A DNA stretch of 64,000 nucleotides, from contig OZ253442.1 in the NCBI GenBank assembly GCA_965261085.1, positions 64,001 to 128,000 on the forward strand, given 5' to 3'. Made by a program: the position numbers and the translations under genes. A model generated the notes under the pieces. That model saw nothing but the letters and a program-made list of their open reading frames with translations. It did not search any database and was not told the origin of the DNA. Shown in pieces: positions 28,301 through 38,274 of this stretch. The stretch's first letter is position 1. Every line of letters begins with the position of its first letter. Origin of the DNA: a bacterium. GTDB lineage: Bacteria > UBA8248.

Positions 28301-28655
28301 CCACGGAAAATCCCCGCAAGATATTCAGGGCGAAGCTGTGGATCGTGGAGATGCGTGCGGACTCGATATTCTCCAGCGCATCTTGTAAGCGCTCTTTGGC
28401 TCCGGCGTCTTCTTCCTGAACCGCCGAAAGAATTTCACGGCGAATTCGATCTTTCAGTTCCGCTGTCGCCTTTCGCGTGAAGGTGATGGCGGCTATCTCA
28501 CCCAAGCGTACTCCTTCGCTACGAATCAAATGCAGGATTCTCTCCACGAGCAGGGTCGTCTTGCCCGTGCCCGCGCCCGCTTCGACCAGAACGGGGCCTT
28601 CCGTCCAGGTCGTAGCCTCATCTCTTTGTTCTTGATCGCGAGGCTGCGCGTTCAT
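25329..28655 (-). CDS. addA: AddA-type UvrD helicase/nuclease
   Basis: AGAGTGKT, IDEFQDTD, VGDPKQSIYRFR, MTIHQAKGLEF, C-terminal GFIDLV...DFKT nuclease; ATGA overlap with addB. Confidence 0.88.
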   Translation of the reverse strand: MNAQPRDQEQRDEATTWTEGPVLVEAGAGTGKTTLLVERILHLIRSEGVRLGEIAAITFTRKATAELKDRIRREILSAVQEEDAGAKERLQDALENIESARISTIHSFALNILRGFSVEAGLRPEVGDVDETEYEARRDAAWRDWLMEELNGNDRRLRDFLDLGFTVSDLEKIRDALLDMPELREHFPRLNVASLDEIRASITETFAGWVDFGKRHCSDESDKAFLELEKAENWLESLLGLSKTVLLRELWNPSVRMKKNVGSPRKWGDSADEGRENLKLFRAGYDRFLQDSAAIIAHEMLAGLVSIVRGFVESFEREMREAGVLSYQDILFLAAKLVRENPGARRRIRESIKHFLIDEFQDTDPLQVELIFLLAGETDARDWREARMGNARLFLVGDPKQSIYRFRRADIAIYHEVKERIRALPSGRVLHIKENFRSTPGVVDFVNEAFSRVIRPEAGVQPPYVELMAHRESSNPGVFLIQKQENGDGPEDGGRMKEEERRKNEAACLAAAIRELVEERKLEIGEGDARRPVNYGDIAVLFRVRTGYRQFEDAFRGADVSFVSDGGHGFYDKFEVGAAISVLSAVVRPGESLALAAALRSPLYGFSDVDIARYFLKTREPPGELKEAVREMHLLHNGKKDLSARSLLEEIYRRTQAFELFLASSGGEQRVANLLKLLDMAHEFAGNGKRGVDAFAANLEAQYDLGREAKEPEAFLDTHEGRAVRFMTIHQAKGLEFPVVALADLEGRPDKSTEAWIANYEKGNEVVDLHLGSSTRWLNSAGYADALEREKQFREAEIKRLWYVGATRAQDYLLWPESGFRFLMKSAGLKEEEVDDVIQGAPASPLEVSPGESKPLESILRVPDGVFRQVSGGSVSLANQRVALDEKLKRLKKPIEVLKPLAPSGLAKGFDEAEPATSWALFVEDESQDLEIHAGGVAFGRLVHVILAKLEPPEPECLEGLREESIAYARTLGLGDDDTALATELIRNSMSGGVLARAAAASRRWRELAFMFELDGRMIRGFIDLVFEEEGKLTLVDFKTDKIAANEADQKALFYANQGGAYVMGLEAATGLEVHELVFSFLRPGVDVSCPVDDVLRERVCEAVAEAE

Positions 28656-31600
28656 ATAGCCCTCTCTCTCAATGCCTGGAGCGCGCTCATCCCCGGCGCC
28701 CCTTCTTTTCGCGCTGCGCGCTCGGCCCTGTCGGGTCCGCAGAGGGTCTTGTAATCGCAATATCTACACCCATCGTCCGTGGGTGTCGGGAAAAAACGCC
28801 CCTCCCCGACCGAGGCGAGAAAATAATCCAAAAGCGCATCCACGTCCGCCATCTTCTCTTCGATGTCCTCACAGGAGCGGACGCGCTCTTCTACACCCTC
28901 CTCCTGAGTGATGTAGACGTATGCGCCACTCACCCCGGCGCCCTCCGGCAAGGCATCTGGCCGCGCGCGCAGATGCCGCGCATAGAGATGAAGCTGAAGA
29001 CTCCCGCCACCATCCAGAACTTTTCTCCGGGCTGGGACCAAATCCTTCCTTCTCACGGTCTTGAAATCGACGACCCGGTACTCCCCCACTTCGTTTCGCT
29101 CGAGCAGGTCCATCCGCCCGCTCAGAGAGATATCTCCACCTTCCAGCGATATCCGCAAAGGCTCCGAACCCTCCCCGCCGAATCTCTCTTCAGCGCTCAC
29201 CGGAAGCCAGTCTGAGGGGTCCGAACGCTTTTGCTCGATGTACCCCCACAAGCGCCGGTAGAGCGCATCTTCAAGCACACCCCAGGGCAGCGCGAGCAGG
29301 GGCGGTGGCTCGGCCTTTTGTTCCTCCTCGCTCATCGCCTCCCTGATCGCCTCTCGGAGCGAATCGCGCGCAGTCGATTCATCGAGCGCATGAAACGCCT
29401 GGTTCGTCCCCTGGAGCCGGCCGTGGAACAGATCGAGAATCCGGTGCGTCAACTGACCCCTCAGCCTCCCATCCATGGCGAAAGGAGGGAGTGATTCCTT
29501 ACGCTTTTCCATGCGCGGGTGCAGACGATCGTTGATGAACCGGTAAGGACACCCGAAGAAATTCTCCACCCCGGTGACCCCGATAGGACGCGTGGGTGAA
29601 TGAATTCTCTTCAGAATGTTCTCCCGCAAATCAGGGGCGGTGAGCATCCCGTCGTGCTCGGTCAAAACCTCGCGCCGCCATCTCTCGGCCAGTGCGGCCC
29701 GCCTGCGGAGAAACCCGGGAAAATCGTTCATGTAGGAAAGGCAGCCCGCATCTCGACAATCAATCTGATCCACAATTCGCGCGAGGTCATACTCGCGCAG
29801 ATGAACGGGAATCTCTGCGATATCTTCGCGGCTTAACGCAGCGGCGGCGGTGCGGCTGCGCGAGCGCGCGAAAAGCCCCCACGCGCCGTCTTTCGCTTCA
29901 TCCAATGCGTCCGCCAGATAGTGAAGAAACATGCTCGGAAAAGAGGTCGCCTCATCCGTCCCGCCATCCTCCGCGCTCGTCGCGGAAAGGATGAGGCGCT
30001 TCCTGGCCGATTGAAGAATCGTCCACAACTGAAACCGCGCTTCGCCCTCCCTGGATTTTTTGAGCGGAAGCGCCACCCCCCCGTCCGGGAATGTCTCTTT
30101 GACGACGTCGTTCAACCTCTCGCGCACCAAATCGGACATTAGCGGGTCTTCGGTTCCCGCGGGCGGAAACAGGCCCTCGCCCAGGCCCGAGAGCACCACC
30201 GCATCGAAGGAAAGCCCGCGCGCGCTCTGGACGGAAGAGAGGCTCGCCAGATGGCCTTCGCCCGGCTCGTTCCCGCGCAGGGGGGTTTTCTCGAAAAATC
30301 GCTCGCAAAGCGCACAGAACGCATCGCGCGTCATATCGCCGGTAATCGCGTCCAAATCCGAGAGGGACGAGAGCGCCTTCTCCAACTCATCCCGACCCTC
30401 CAAACCGTTCGTCGTCTCCCAAAAAACCTCCAAGGCCGATTTAACGAACGAAGAGGGCGGCCCCTGTCCCGGAATTTTCTCCAGAAGCTCGAAAACATCG
30501 CCCATCGCCATGCCGAGAGAATATGCGGCGGGATATTCCTCATCCTTTTTCCCCATCTCATCCAAAGCGTCATCGAGCGCCGCGAGCCAGGCGTCGGGGC
30601 CTCTTAGATAGGGCAGGCTTCTCGAGAAAAACTCCCACTTCGAGGCGAGGACGGGATCGGCGGCGAACTCCTCGAATCCATATTCTTGCGCTAGTTCCTC
30701 GAACCTCGGCGAGCCGGTGAAGCCTCCCTCATCCAGAAAGCGCATCACCTCGTCGCGCGGGTAATCCTCCATCGCCAGGCGAAGCATGAGGAGAAACAAG
30801 CGGGCGACAGGCGCTGCGGATAAGGCTGTTTTCTCCTCGGCCCGGCAGGGAATTTCGAGGCTTTCGAACGTTTCCTCGAATAAATCCTGATACCCGCTTC
30901 GCTCGGTCATCAAGACGCATATTTCATCATCGCCCTCAAAATCCTCTCTCGCCCGCAGCATTTCCCGGCATACTTCCCACGATTCCCTGCCTCTTGCGGG
31001 CGCCGCCACGACCCGCAGGGCGTCTTCCCCCAAAGGCTCCGCTTTGTCATCAGAGAAAAGCGCCCCCGCCAGACCCGAGAGCGGCCTCGGCTCGATCGCT
31101 CCGGCTTCTTCTCTTTGAAAACCCATCTCCTCGAACCAGCGGACAAGGGGCTCCGCGTGTGCGCACGCAGGCGCGTCTGTTTCTGCGGGCGCCAGGACTT
31201 GCGACTGCGCCTCGCGGCAGACCGCCGCCGCCAGCCTGCGCTGAAGCGCGTTCATCTCGGCGAAGCCGTAAAAGATGGTGGGAACGCGCGGCGGCTCGGC
31301 TTCCGCCTTCTCGCACGCCCTCAGAAGAAGGGAAGAACCGTCGTAAAATTCACGCTCGTTCATCTCGCGCCGGAAACTCTCGGCCAAAAGCCCTAGGTCC
31401 CGGCAACGCGCGGCATCAGGGCCTGAGATTTTTGTGCTGAGTTCCCTCAAAGCCTCGGGCGAGAGATTCGCCTCGGCCAAGTCGGTGAGTGTGGCGTAGA
31501 GACTCTCCCCGTATCCTTGGGAAGCAGAGCGAAAAAAGGCGAGTTCTCTCTGCACGCCCGCGAACGCCTTCTCCGCCAGAACCTCGGCGAGGGCCGGATG

Positions 31601-31861
31601 AGCCCGCGTGAACCCCGCCAGGCCGCGCTCTGGTTCGGAAATCTCGCGCGCCAGGTCGAGCATGCTCAGAACCGACACACCGGCGAAACCGCCCGCGCGC
31701 GCAAGCACTTTCTCGACATGATCGCGCAGCCGGTTCGAAATAACGACGACCCGCCTTTGCGCGAGGGGGTCTCCCCCGGCAAGGCGGCGCACGCGCGAGG
31801 CGAGGGATGATTCCAGATGGTGGAAAGGAGCGGCGATCAGAATTTTAGGGGCCGACGCCAT
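28652..31861 (-). CDS. addB: AddB-type PD-(D/E)XK nuclease subunit with Fe-S cysteines
   Basis: Degenerate helicase body, GCPYRF, GRMDL...VDFKT, SLQL.LY, CRYCDYKTLC. Confidence 0.82.
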   Translation of the reverse strand: MASAPKILIAAPFHHLESSLASRVRRLAGGDPLAQRRVVVISNRLRDHVEKVLARAGGFAGVSVLSMLDLAREISEPERGLAGFTRAHPALAEVLAEKAFAGVQRELAFFRSASQGYGESLYATLTDLAEANLSPEALRELSTKISGPDAARCRDLGLLAESFRREMNEREFYDGSSLLLRACEKAEAEPPRVPTIFYGFAEMNALQRRLAAAVCREAQSQVLAPAETDAPACAHAEPLVRWFEEMGFQREEAGAIEPRPLSGLAGALFSDDKAEPLGEDALRVVAAPARGRESWEVCREMLRAREDFEGDDEICVLMTERSGYQDLFEETFESLEIPCRAEEKTALSAAPVARLFLLMLRLAMEDYPRDEVMRFLDEGGFTGSPRFEELAQEYGFEEFAADPVLASKWEFFSRSLPYLRGPDAWLAALDDALDEMGKKDEEYPAAYSLGMAMGDVFELLEKIPGQGPPSSFVKSALEVFWETTNGLEGRDELEKALSSLSDLDAITGDMTRDAFCALCERFFEKTPLRGNEPGEGHLASLSSVQSARGLSFDAVVLSGLGEGLFPPAGTEDPLMSDLVRERLNDVVKETFPDGGVALPLKKSREGEARFQLWTILQSARKRLILSATSAEDGGTDEATSFPSMFLHYLADALDEAKDGAWGLFARSRSRTAAAALSREDIAEIPVHLREYDLARIVDQIDCRDAGCLSYMNDFPGFLRRRAALAERWRREVLTEHDGMLTAPDLRENILKRIHSPTRPIGVTGVENFFGCPYRFINDRLHPRMEKRKESLPPFAMDGRLRGQLTHRILDLFHGRLQGTNQAFHALDESTARDSLREAIREAMSEEEQKAEPPPLLALPWGVLEDALYRRLWGYIEQKRSDPSDWLPVSAEERFGGEGSEPLRISLEGGDISLSGRMDLLERNEVGEYRVVDFKTVRRKDLVPARRKVLDGGGSLQLHLYARHLRARPDALPEGAGVSGAYVYITQEEGVEERVRSCEDIEEKMADVDALLDYFLASVGEGRFFPTPTDDGCRYCDYKTLCGPDRAERAARKEGAPGMSALQALRERAI

Positions 31862-31923
31862 AGGGATTTCCATCTCACGGATGATGGGGCGGTTTCTCAG
31901 TGAAGCAAAATCCAAACGCTCGA

Positions 31924-32889
31924 CTAGGTGTCCAGCACGCTCTCGCCGAATAAATCTTCCACCGCGAGCAGGCCCGGCGTAAGGCCCTGCCCGTGGGCGT
32001 AGGAGAGGAGCTTTTCGAGCGACGTGCGGTTCGCCTCCACCCCGTAGGGCCAGAAATCATCCCCGAAGATCTCCCGCGTCTCGTCCATGACCGCCGGCAG
32101 AAACGGGATCATGGCCGATAGCGCGCCGTTGTCATTCAGCGATTCGAGGGTCTTCTCCCGCGCCTCGCACATGGCCTGGTAAATGGCCTTGAGCGCCCAG
32201 GGGTTTCGTTCTTGAATTTCTTTTCGCAGCACGACGCAGTGCATCATGGGGTGGACACCCGTTCTCTTGTAATACTCGGTCTCGGCGGTCTTGTAGTCCG
32301 GGAACAGGCGCTTCACGCGTGGCGAGCCTGTTGCGAAACACGCAGGCACCTGGTGTATCAGGGCGCCATCCACCTCGCCCGATTCGAACATGTTCGATAC
32401 CGTCTGGCCGGGCTTCATATAGCGGATGCGCGCGCCGGGCGGCATGGGTATCGGCACGCGCGGCTCAATCGCCGCCACCCAATCCACCGAACTCACGTCG
32501 AGACCGTATTCTTCAGCGAGAATGCCCACGATCCACACGACCGCCGTCATCCCCCATTCGCGGATCGCGATTCGCTTGCCGTTCAGATTCGCCACCTCAT
32601 CGACGCCCGCATCCGCGTTGGCGTAGACCATCGAATGCCGGAATACGCGGCTCGGGAAGGCGGGCATCCCCACGAAGGGACTCTCTCCTCCCCCGAGCAG
32701 GAACATATGCGCGCCCATCGACATTTCGGATAAATCGAACTCCTGGTATCTGCACATGCGGAAGAATATCTCGGTGGGCGGCAGGGAGAGCACCCTGAGA
32801 TTCACCCCCTGCGGGCGCACGGAGCCCATTTTGAGAATGTTGGTCCTGTCGTAATCGCCAAACGCCGCCGTAAGCTCCAGATCCGGCAT
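31924..32889 (-). CDS. 4,5-dihydroxyphthalate decarboxylase-like (PhtD/periplasmic-binding fold) protein
   Basis: GDYDRT, FDLSEMS, FPSRVFRHS, DFWPYGVEANR. Confidence 0.8.
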   Translation of the reverse strand: MPDLELTAAFGDYDRTNILKMGSVRPQGVNLRVLSLPPTEIFFRMCRYQEFDLSEMSMGAHMFLLGGGESPFVGMPAFPSRVFRHSMVYANADAGVDEVANLNGKRIAIREWGMTAVVWIVGILAEEYGLDVSSVDWVAAIEPRVPIPMPPGARIRYMKPGQTVSNMFESGEVDGALIHQVPACFATGSPRVKRLFPDYKTAETEYYKRTGVHPMMHCVVLRKEIQERNPWALKAIYQAMCEAREKTLESLNDNGALSAMIPFLPAVMDETREIFGDDFWPYGVEANRTSLEKLLSYAHGQGLTPGLLAVEDLFGESVLDT

Positions 32890-33093
32890 ACCTTCTCCCT
32901 TTCGCGTCATAAATCGTGAAAGCGCATATCATGGTAGTGGAACGAGCAACAGATTTCTCATAGTTTTCCCCGCTCGGCAACGAGACGAGTCCTTCTATGC
33001 GGAAAAGCCCCGAGTTGACCACCCCCCGCCCGGCGTGGCATGAAGGGTCGGGCAGTCTTGGGACCCCGCATCTACAACCGAAAAGGATGGCGC

Positions 33094-34137
33094 TTGGCTG
33101 AGAAGATAAGAGTGATCGTATGCGGATTCGGGCGCGTGGGGCGTGAATTCGCGAGACTCATCCATGAAAAAACAAATTTCATGCGCACCGCCTATGGTCT
33201 CGAGCTATCCATCGTCGGCGTGGGCGAGTTGACCGGAAGCCTCCACCGCCCCGGCGGACTCGACCCCGCAGAATCCGCGGATGCCTTCGAGCGCGAGGGC
33301 GGTTTCGCAGGCCATCCGAATCTGGAAGCCGACTGGCGGGGGCTCGACCTGATACGCTCGGCAAGCGCCGACGTTCTCATCGAGACGACGCCCACGGATA
33401 TCCAAACGGGCGAGCCCGCCATGAGCCACATACGCGAAGCGCTTTCAAGGGGAATCCACGTGGTGAGCGCGAACAAGGGGCCCTTCATCCGCGCCTACCG
33501 GGAACTGACAGGGTTGGCCAGGGAGAATAACGCGAGGTTAAAAATATCGGCGGCCGCCGCAGCCGCCCTCCCGACCATCGACGTGGCCGAAACGTGCCTC
33601 GCGGGCGCAGAGATTCTCGGCATCGAGGGCGTGCTGAACGGGACGACGAACTTCATCCTCTCGCGCATGAGAACGAGCGGCCAGAACTATGAGGAGGCGC
33701 TTGCAGAAGCCCAGGCGCTCGGCATCGCGGAGACCGACCCCACGCTCGACGTGGAGGGCTTCGACACGGCGAACAAACTCGCGCTCATCACGAACGTCTG
33801 CATGGGAGCGGATATCAAGCCTGAGGACGTAGAGCGGACGGGCATCGCCGGGATATCCCTGGCCGAAGTGCAAAGCGCGAGTGCTGAGGGCAAAATCATG
33901 CGCCTGGTGGGCGTCTCGAGGCGAGACGAAAGCGGGCGCGTCTCGGCCAGCGTCGCGCCCCAGCTTCTTACGCCCGATCATCCCCTGGCGGGCGTGGAAG
34001 GGGCGGAGAAGGGAATCACATACACGAGCGATACGATGGATCGCGTCACCGTGGTGGGCGGCAAGAGCGACCCGCGGGGCGCCGCCGCCGCGCTCCTCAA
34101 GGACCTCATCAATATCTATCGCCATTCTTCATCCTGA
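33094..34137 (+). CDS. hom: homoserine dehydrogenase (short form, no ACT domain)
   Basis: GFGRVG, HVVSANKGP, GVLNGTTNFIL, GIAETDPTLDVEGFD. Confidence 0.88.
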   Translation: MAEKIRVIVCGFGRVGREFARLIHEKTNFMRTAYGLELSIVGVGELTGSLHRPGGLDPAESADAFEREGGFAGHPNLEADWRGLDLIRSASADVLIETTPTDIQTGEPAMSHIREALSRGIHVVSANKGPFIRAYRELTGLARENNARLKISAAAAAALPTIDVAETCLAGAEILGIEGVLNGTTNFILSRMRTSGQNYEEALAEAQALGIAETDPTLDVEGFDTANKLALITNVCMGADIKPEDVERTGIAGISLAEVQSASAEGKIMRLVGVSRRDESGRVSASVAPQLLTPDHPLAGVEGAEKGITYTSDTMDRVTVVGGKSDPRGAAAALLKDLINIYRHSSS

Positions 34138-34152
34138 ATCCGGAGATTTTCC

Positions 34153-35754
34153 ATGAACAACGCGGACCTGATCGTCAAAACCATGAAGGAAGCGGGCGTC
34201 ACGCACTGCTTCGGTATCCCGAGCGGAAACGTCCTGCCCATGCTCGAGGCCATGCGCAAGGGGGGCCTCACCTTCGTCCTCACCGCGCATGAAGGCTCCG
34301 CGAGCTTCGCCGCCGACGTGATGGGCCGCCTGACGGGCGCGCCGGGCTTTTGCATCGCCACCCTCGGTCCCGGCGCCACCAACCTCTCGACCGGCGTGGG
34401 CAACGCCTATCTGGACCGCTCCCCGCTCATCGCCCTCACCTGCAACCTGCATACGCACCAGCTCGGGCGCCGCATCCAGATGTATATCGACCACCACACC
34501 CTCTACCGGCCCATCAGCAAGGCGAGTCTTCCGCTCAGAAAAGGCCGCGTCGCCTCGGTATTGGAAGAAGCAATGGGCCTGGCGATGAGCGAGCCGCACG
34601 GTCCGGTGCATCTGGACCTGCCCGAAGACGTATCGCTCGCGCCCGCCACCGAGGAGCTTCCCCCGCTTCCCCAGGGAAAGCGCTACCGGGCGGCGCCCGA
34701 GAGCGCATTCAAAAAACTGGAATCCCTTCTCCAGAACGCCAAACGGCCCATCGCCGTCCTGGGCTCGACGAGCATGCGGATGGAAAACCCCGCACTCCTG
34801 CGCGCCTTCATCGACAAGCACCAGCTCCCCTTCGCCACGACCACCATGGCCAAGGGGATGATAGATGAGGATCATCCGCTATCCATAGGCTGCATCGAAC
34901 GCGGAAAGCGCCAGGTGCAGCGCGAGTTCCTGAGAAGCGCAGACCTGATCCTCGGAATCGGCTACGACGTGATCGAGGTGGAATACGAACAATGGATAAA
35001 AGACGCGCCGCTCGTAAGCGTGGACATCGACCCGGTGGACGCGGACTCTTCGGTCGACATCGCACACGAGGTGGTGGGCGACCTGGATGCTTCCCTAAAG
35101 CGCATGACCGACTTCACGCCCGGCAGCTACGAATGGCCGTCTGACGCCGCCTTGCGGCACAAGGAGAAATTCCAGAAGGCGCTACGTCCCCAGGTTCCGC
35201 ATTTCGCGGCCCACGAGGCCATCGACGTGGTGCGCGAGGTGACGCCCAGGGAGGGGATACTCTCTTTCGACGTAGGCGCGCACACGCACCAGATAGCCAG
35301 CCAGTGGACGGTGCATGAGCCGCGCACCTTCCTGATCACGAACGGGTGGTCCTCGATGGGCTTCGGCCTGCCGGGCGCCATCGCCGCCAAACTCGCGCAT
35401 CCCGAAAAACCCGTCGTCGCCCTCATTGGAGATGGGTGTTTCCAGATGACGTGCGGTGAGGTGGCCGTCGCCAAGAGAATGGGTCTCGCCATCCCCATCG
35501 TCGTCCTGGACGACCGCTGGCTCTCGCTCATCCAGGTCAAGCAGGACAGGCGGGAGTACGGCCGCTACGGAACCGAACTCCAGGCCGAGGAATACCAGGC
35601 GCCGCCCGCTCATTATTTCGGCGTGCCAGCGGTAGGCGTGCGAACGCCCGAGGAACTGCAAAAGGCGCTCCGCCAGGCCTTCGACGCCGACGGGCCGACC
35701 GTCATCGAAGCGGTGGTGGATTCCGCGCATTATGACGACACGGTGTTCGACTAG
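34153..35754 (+). CDS. thiamine pyrophosphate-binding enzyme (acetolactate synthase-like)
   Basis: HEGSASF, TLGPGATN, SMGFGLPGAI, GDGCFQM. Confidence 0.9.
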   Translation: MNNADLIVKTMKEAGVTHCFGIPSGNVLPMLEAMRKGGLTFVLTAHEGSASFAADVMGRLTGAPGFCIATLGPGATNLSTGVGNAYLDRSPLIALTCNLHTHQLGRRIQMYIDHHTLYRPISKASLPLRKGRVASVLEEAMGLAMSEPHGPVHLDLPEDVSLAPATEELPPLPQGKRYRAAPESAFKKLESLLQNAKRPIAVLGSTSMRMENPALLRAFIDKHQLPFATTTMAKGMIDEDHPLSIGCIERGKRQVQREFLRSADLILGIGYDVIEVEYEQWIKDAPLVSVDIDPVDADSSVDIAHEVVGDLDASLKRMTDFTPGSYEWPSDAALRHKEKFQKALRPQVPHFAAHEAIDVVREVTPREGILSFDVGAHTHQIASQWTVHEPRTFLITNGWSSMGFGLPGAIAAKLAHPEKPVVALIGDGCFQMTCGEVAVAKRMGLAIPIVVLDDRWLSLIQVKQDRREYGRYGTELQAEEYQAPPAHYFGVPAVGVRTPEELQKALRQAFDADGPTVIEAVVDSAHYDDTVFD

Positions 35755-35829
35755 AAAGGTCCTCGAACCGGGCAATTCTGGTAATGTTTCCTCAAAAGAA
35801 TTTGCGACACACTTCGAGGAGAAAACGTC

Positions 35830-36771
35830 ATGCCCAAAACTTGCAATCAGTTTCGATATTGGTCCCAAATGGTCTTTGTTGCGGCGATATCGGCCGTCGC
35901 GGCGGCTTCATCCGTCGATGCCGCGCCATACGACATCGTTGTGAAAAGCATGAAGACCAAAATCCGAATCGGCGGTTACGATTATTCGCTGGAAGGAAGA
36001 TTGTTTCGTCCCGAAGGCAAGGGCAGGTTTCCCCTGGTCGTCCTCGCGCACGGTACATGCGGCAAAAGATGCAGGCGCAAGTATCCGGAAAGTCGCATGG
36101 CTTCTCCCGCGCTGGTCTTCGCTCGATCCGGCTACGCCGCATACACGTTCAATAGAATCGGGTACGGGAACTCCGACGGTTACGAGTGGGACGACCACAA
36201 ACCATTCGAACGTTCTGGGGGGTGCAATGAGCAAAATTACCTCCAAGCGGCGAGAGGTAGCGGATTACAAATCCGGCTGGTCATAGAAGCCTTAGTCCGG
36301 CAAAAACTAAAATACGTGGATACCGGGAAAATACTGGCGGTGGGCCAATCCGGAGGAGGCCTGGCCGTATTCGGCTTGACTGAAGGCCCGAAACCGCATG
36401 AACACCTGGCGGGCTTAAAGGGGGTGATCAGCACGGCCGGCGCGCTGGGAGGAGGCTGCGCAAATGGCGATTATCTGGGTCCTCATTTTTTCAACGAGAA
36501 TATGGTTGAAATGTACAAAACATTCGGTCGAAAATCCAAAACGCCGGTTCTGATGGTTTATGCGAAAAACGACCCCCGAACGGTCAGGGCCACATCCTGG
36601 CGAGATGCGTACAACCAGAGCGGAGGCAATGCCAGGCTGATCATCCTGCCCGATCAAGGCAGCTCACCGAAGCAAGCGCATGGGTACTTTTACAAGGAAT
36701 GGTCGACGGAAGCATGGAAACCCCATTTCAGCGCGTTTCTCTCCTCGCTCGGTTTGCCAAAGCTGAATTGA
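35830..36771 (+). CDS. exported alpha/beta hydrolase (dienelactone hydrolase-like)
   Basis: Signal-like N-terminus, PLVVLAHG, nucleophile elbow GQSGGG, KND, AHG. Confidence 0.8.
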   Translation: MPKTCNQFRYWSQMVFVAAISAVAAASSVDAAPYDIVVKSMKTKIRIGGYDYSLEGRLFRPEGKGRFPLVVLAHGTCGKRCRRKYPESRMASPALVFARSGYAAYTFNRIGYGNSDGYEWDDHKPFERSGGCNEQNYLQAARGSGLQIRLVIEALVRQKLKYVDTGKILAVGQSGGGLAVFGLTEGPKPHEHLAGLKGVISTAGALGGGCANGDYLGPHFFNENMVEMYKTFGRKSKTPVLMVYAKNDPRTVRATSWRDAYNQSGGNARLIILPDQGSSPKQAHGYFYKEWSTEAWKPHFSAFLSSLGLPKLN

Positions 36772-36850
36772 CACCGGACGGCGGCGAGCGCCTCGTTGAC
36801 GCCGGAGATTCCTCTCCCGGCGCGCCGTTCCACCGGGCGAATTCAGACTT

Positions 36851-37073
36851 TATCCTTGTAAATTGAAAGTCTGATTTTTAATTTACAAGGATACTGTATC
36901 TTCTTTAGTTCCAAAATGAGCCTGACCGCCCCGATCCGGGCAGATTCCGAGCTTCCAGCCAGCGTTGAGTCGCCTCATCTATCTTGTTTAATGAAAGTTA
37001 AATTTTTGATTTACTAGAATAATATAATATTATCCTTGCAAATTAAAAATGTATGTTTTAGTTTACAAGAATG
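36851..37073. promoter_or_regulatory. three related palindromic operator-like sites
   Basis: TATCCTTGTAAATT-N15-AATTTACAAGGATA at 36851-36893; variants at ~36980-37021 and 37031-37073. Confidence 0.7.
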
Positions 37074-38249
37074 ATACGTCGCCGCTCAAATCAAAACGTG
37101 CTGAACGCGCTCGGACGCCAAGCCGCCGTGGTCTTGCTCGGCGCTCGCCAAGTCGGAAAGACAACGCTGGCGCTCGACATCGCCGAAAACGCGGACGCGG
37201 TTTATCTCGACCTCGAATCCCGCGCGGACCGGGAGAAGCTCGCCGAGCCCGCGCTCTACCTCGACGAATACGAGGATCGCCTCGTCATCCTCGACGAGAT
37301 TCACCGCGCGCCGGAATTGTTCCAGGAACTACGCGGACTGATCGACCGGGGCCGGCGGCGGGGAAAGCGGACGGGCCGCTTCCTGATATTGGGATCGGCC
37401 TCGCTGGACCTGCTCCGGCAATCGGGGGAGAGCCTCGCCGGGCGAATAGAATACGTCGAACTCGACCCGCTCGACGTAAGCGAAGCCGCGCCCGACGCGC
37501 GGGCCATGACGTCGCTATGGGTACGCGGTGGTTTCCCGGACAGCTTCCTGGCCGCCGACGACCCCGACAGCATGACCTTCCGGCGGAATTTCGTCCGTTC
37601 CTATCTGGAGCGCGACGTAGCGCAGTTCGGCCGGCGCATCCCGGCGGAGACGCTGGAGCGGTTCTGGACCATGCTGGCGCACGGCCAGGGCACGCTGCTC
37701 AACGCATCGAAGCTGGCCGCAGGCCTTTCGGTCAGCGCCCCGACGGTGAGCAGCTACATCGACCTGCTGGTCGACCTGCTTCTCGTCCGCCGCCTGCGCC
37801 CGTTCCACGCGAACGTGAAAAAGCGCCTCGTCAAATCACCGAAAATCTACGTGCGCGACAGCGGCATCGTCCATGCCCTGCTCGGGGTCGAGGACCATGA
37901 CGCGCTCGCCGGTCACCCGGTCGTCGGCGCTAGTTGGGAGGGTTTCGTCATCGAGAACCTCCTCGCTGTCGCCCCGCCCCGGACCATGGCGAGCTTCTAC
38001 CGCACTCTGGCGGGCGCGGAAATCGACCTGCTGCTCGAACTCCCGGGGAAGCGGGGCCCTTGGGCAATCGAGATCAAGCGCGGCCTCTCCGCAGGCCCCG
38101 GAAGGGGCTTCCACCACGCCCGTGAGGACGTGAAGCCCGAGCGCGCCTTCATCGTCTATTCCGGCGAGGAGCGCTACCCCATCGCAAAAGACGTCGAGGC
38201 CATCGGCCTCCGGGAGATGGCCTCCCTCATAGAGCGTGGAGAGGAGTAG
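37071..38249 (+). CDS. AAA_14 ATPase with DUF4143 nuclease-like C-terminus
   Basis: GARQVGKTT, ILDEIH, ESLAGRI, RGGFP, KSPKIY.RDSG, EIDLL...AIEIK. Confidence 0.9.
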   Translation: MIRRRSNQNVLNALGRQAAVVLLGARQVGKTTLALDIAENADAVYLDLESRADREKLAEPALYLDEYEDRLVILDEIHRAPELFQELRGLIDRGRRRGKRTGRFLILGSASLDLLRQSGESLAGRIEYVELDPLDVSEAAPDARAMTSLWVRGGFPDSFLAADDPDSMTFRRNFVRSYLERDVAQFGRRIPAETLERFWTMLAHGQGTLLNASKLAAGLSVSAPTVSSYIDLLVDLLLVRRLRPFHANVKKRLVKSPKIYVRDSGIVHALLGVEDHDALAGHPVVGASWEGFVIENLLAVAPPRTMASFYRTLAGAEIDLLLELPGKRGPWAIEIKRGLSAGPGRGFHHAREDVKPERAFIVYSGEERYPIAKDVEAIGLREMASLIERGEE

Positions 38250-38274
38250 GCGAGAGCGAACTCAGCGAGCGTCC

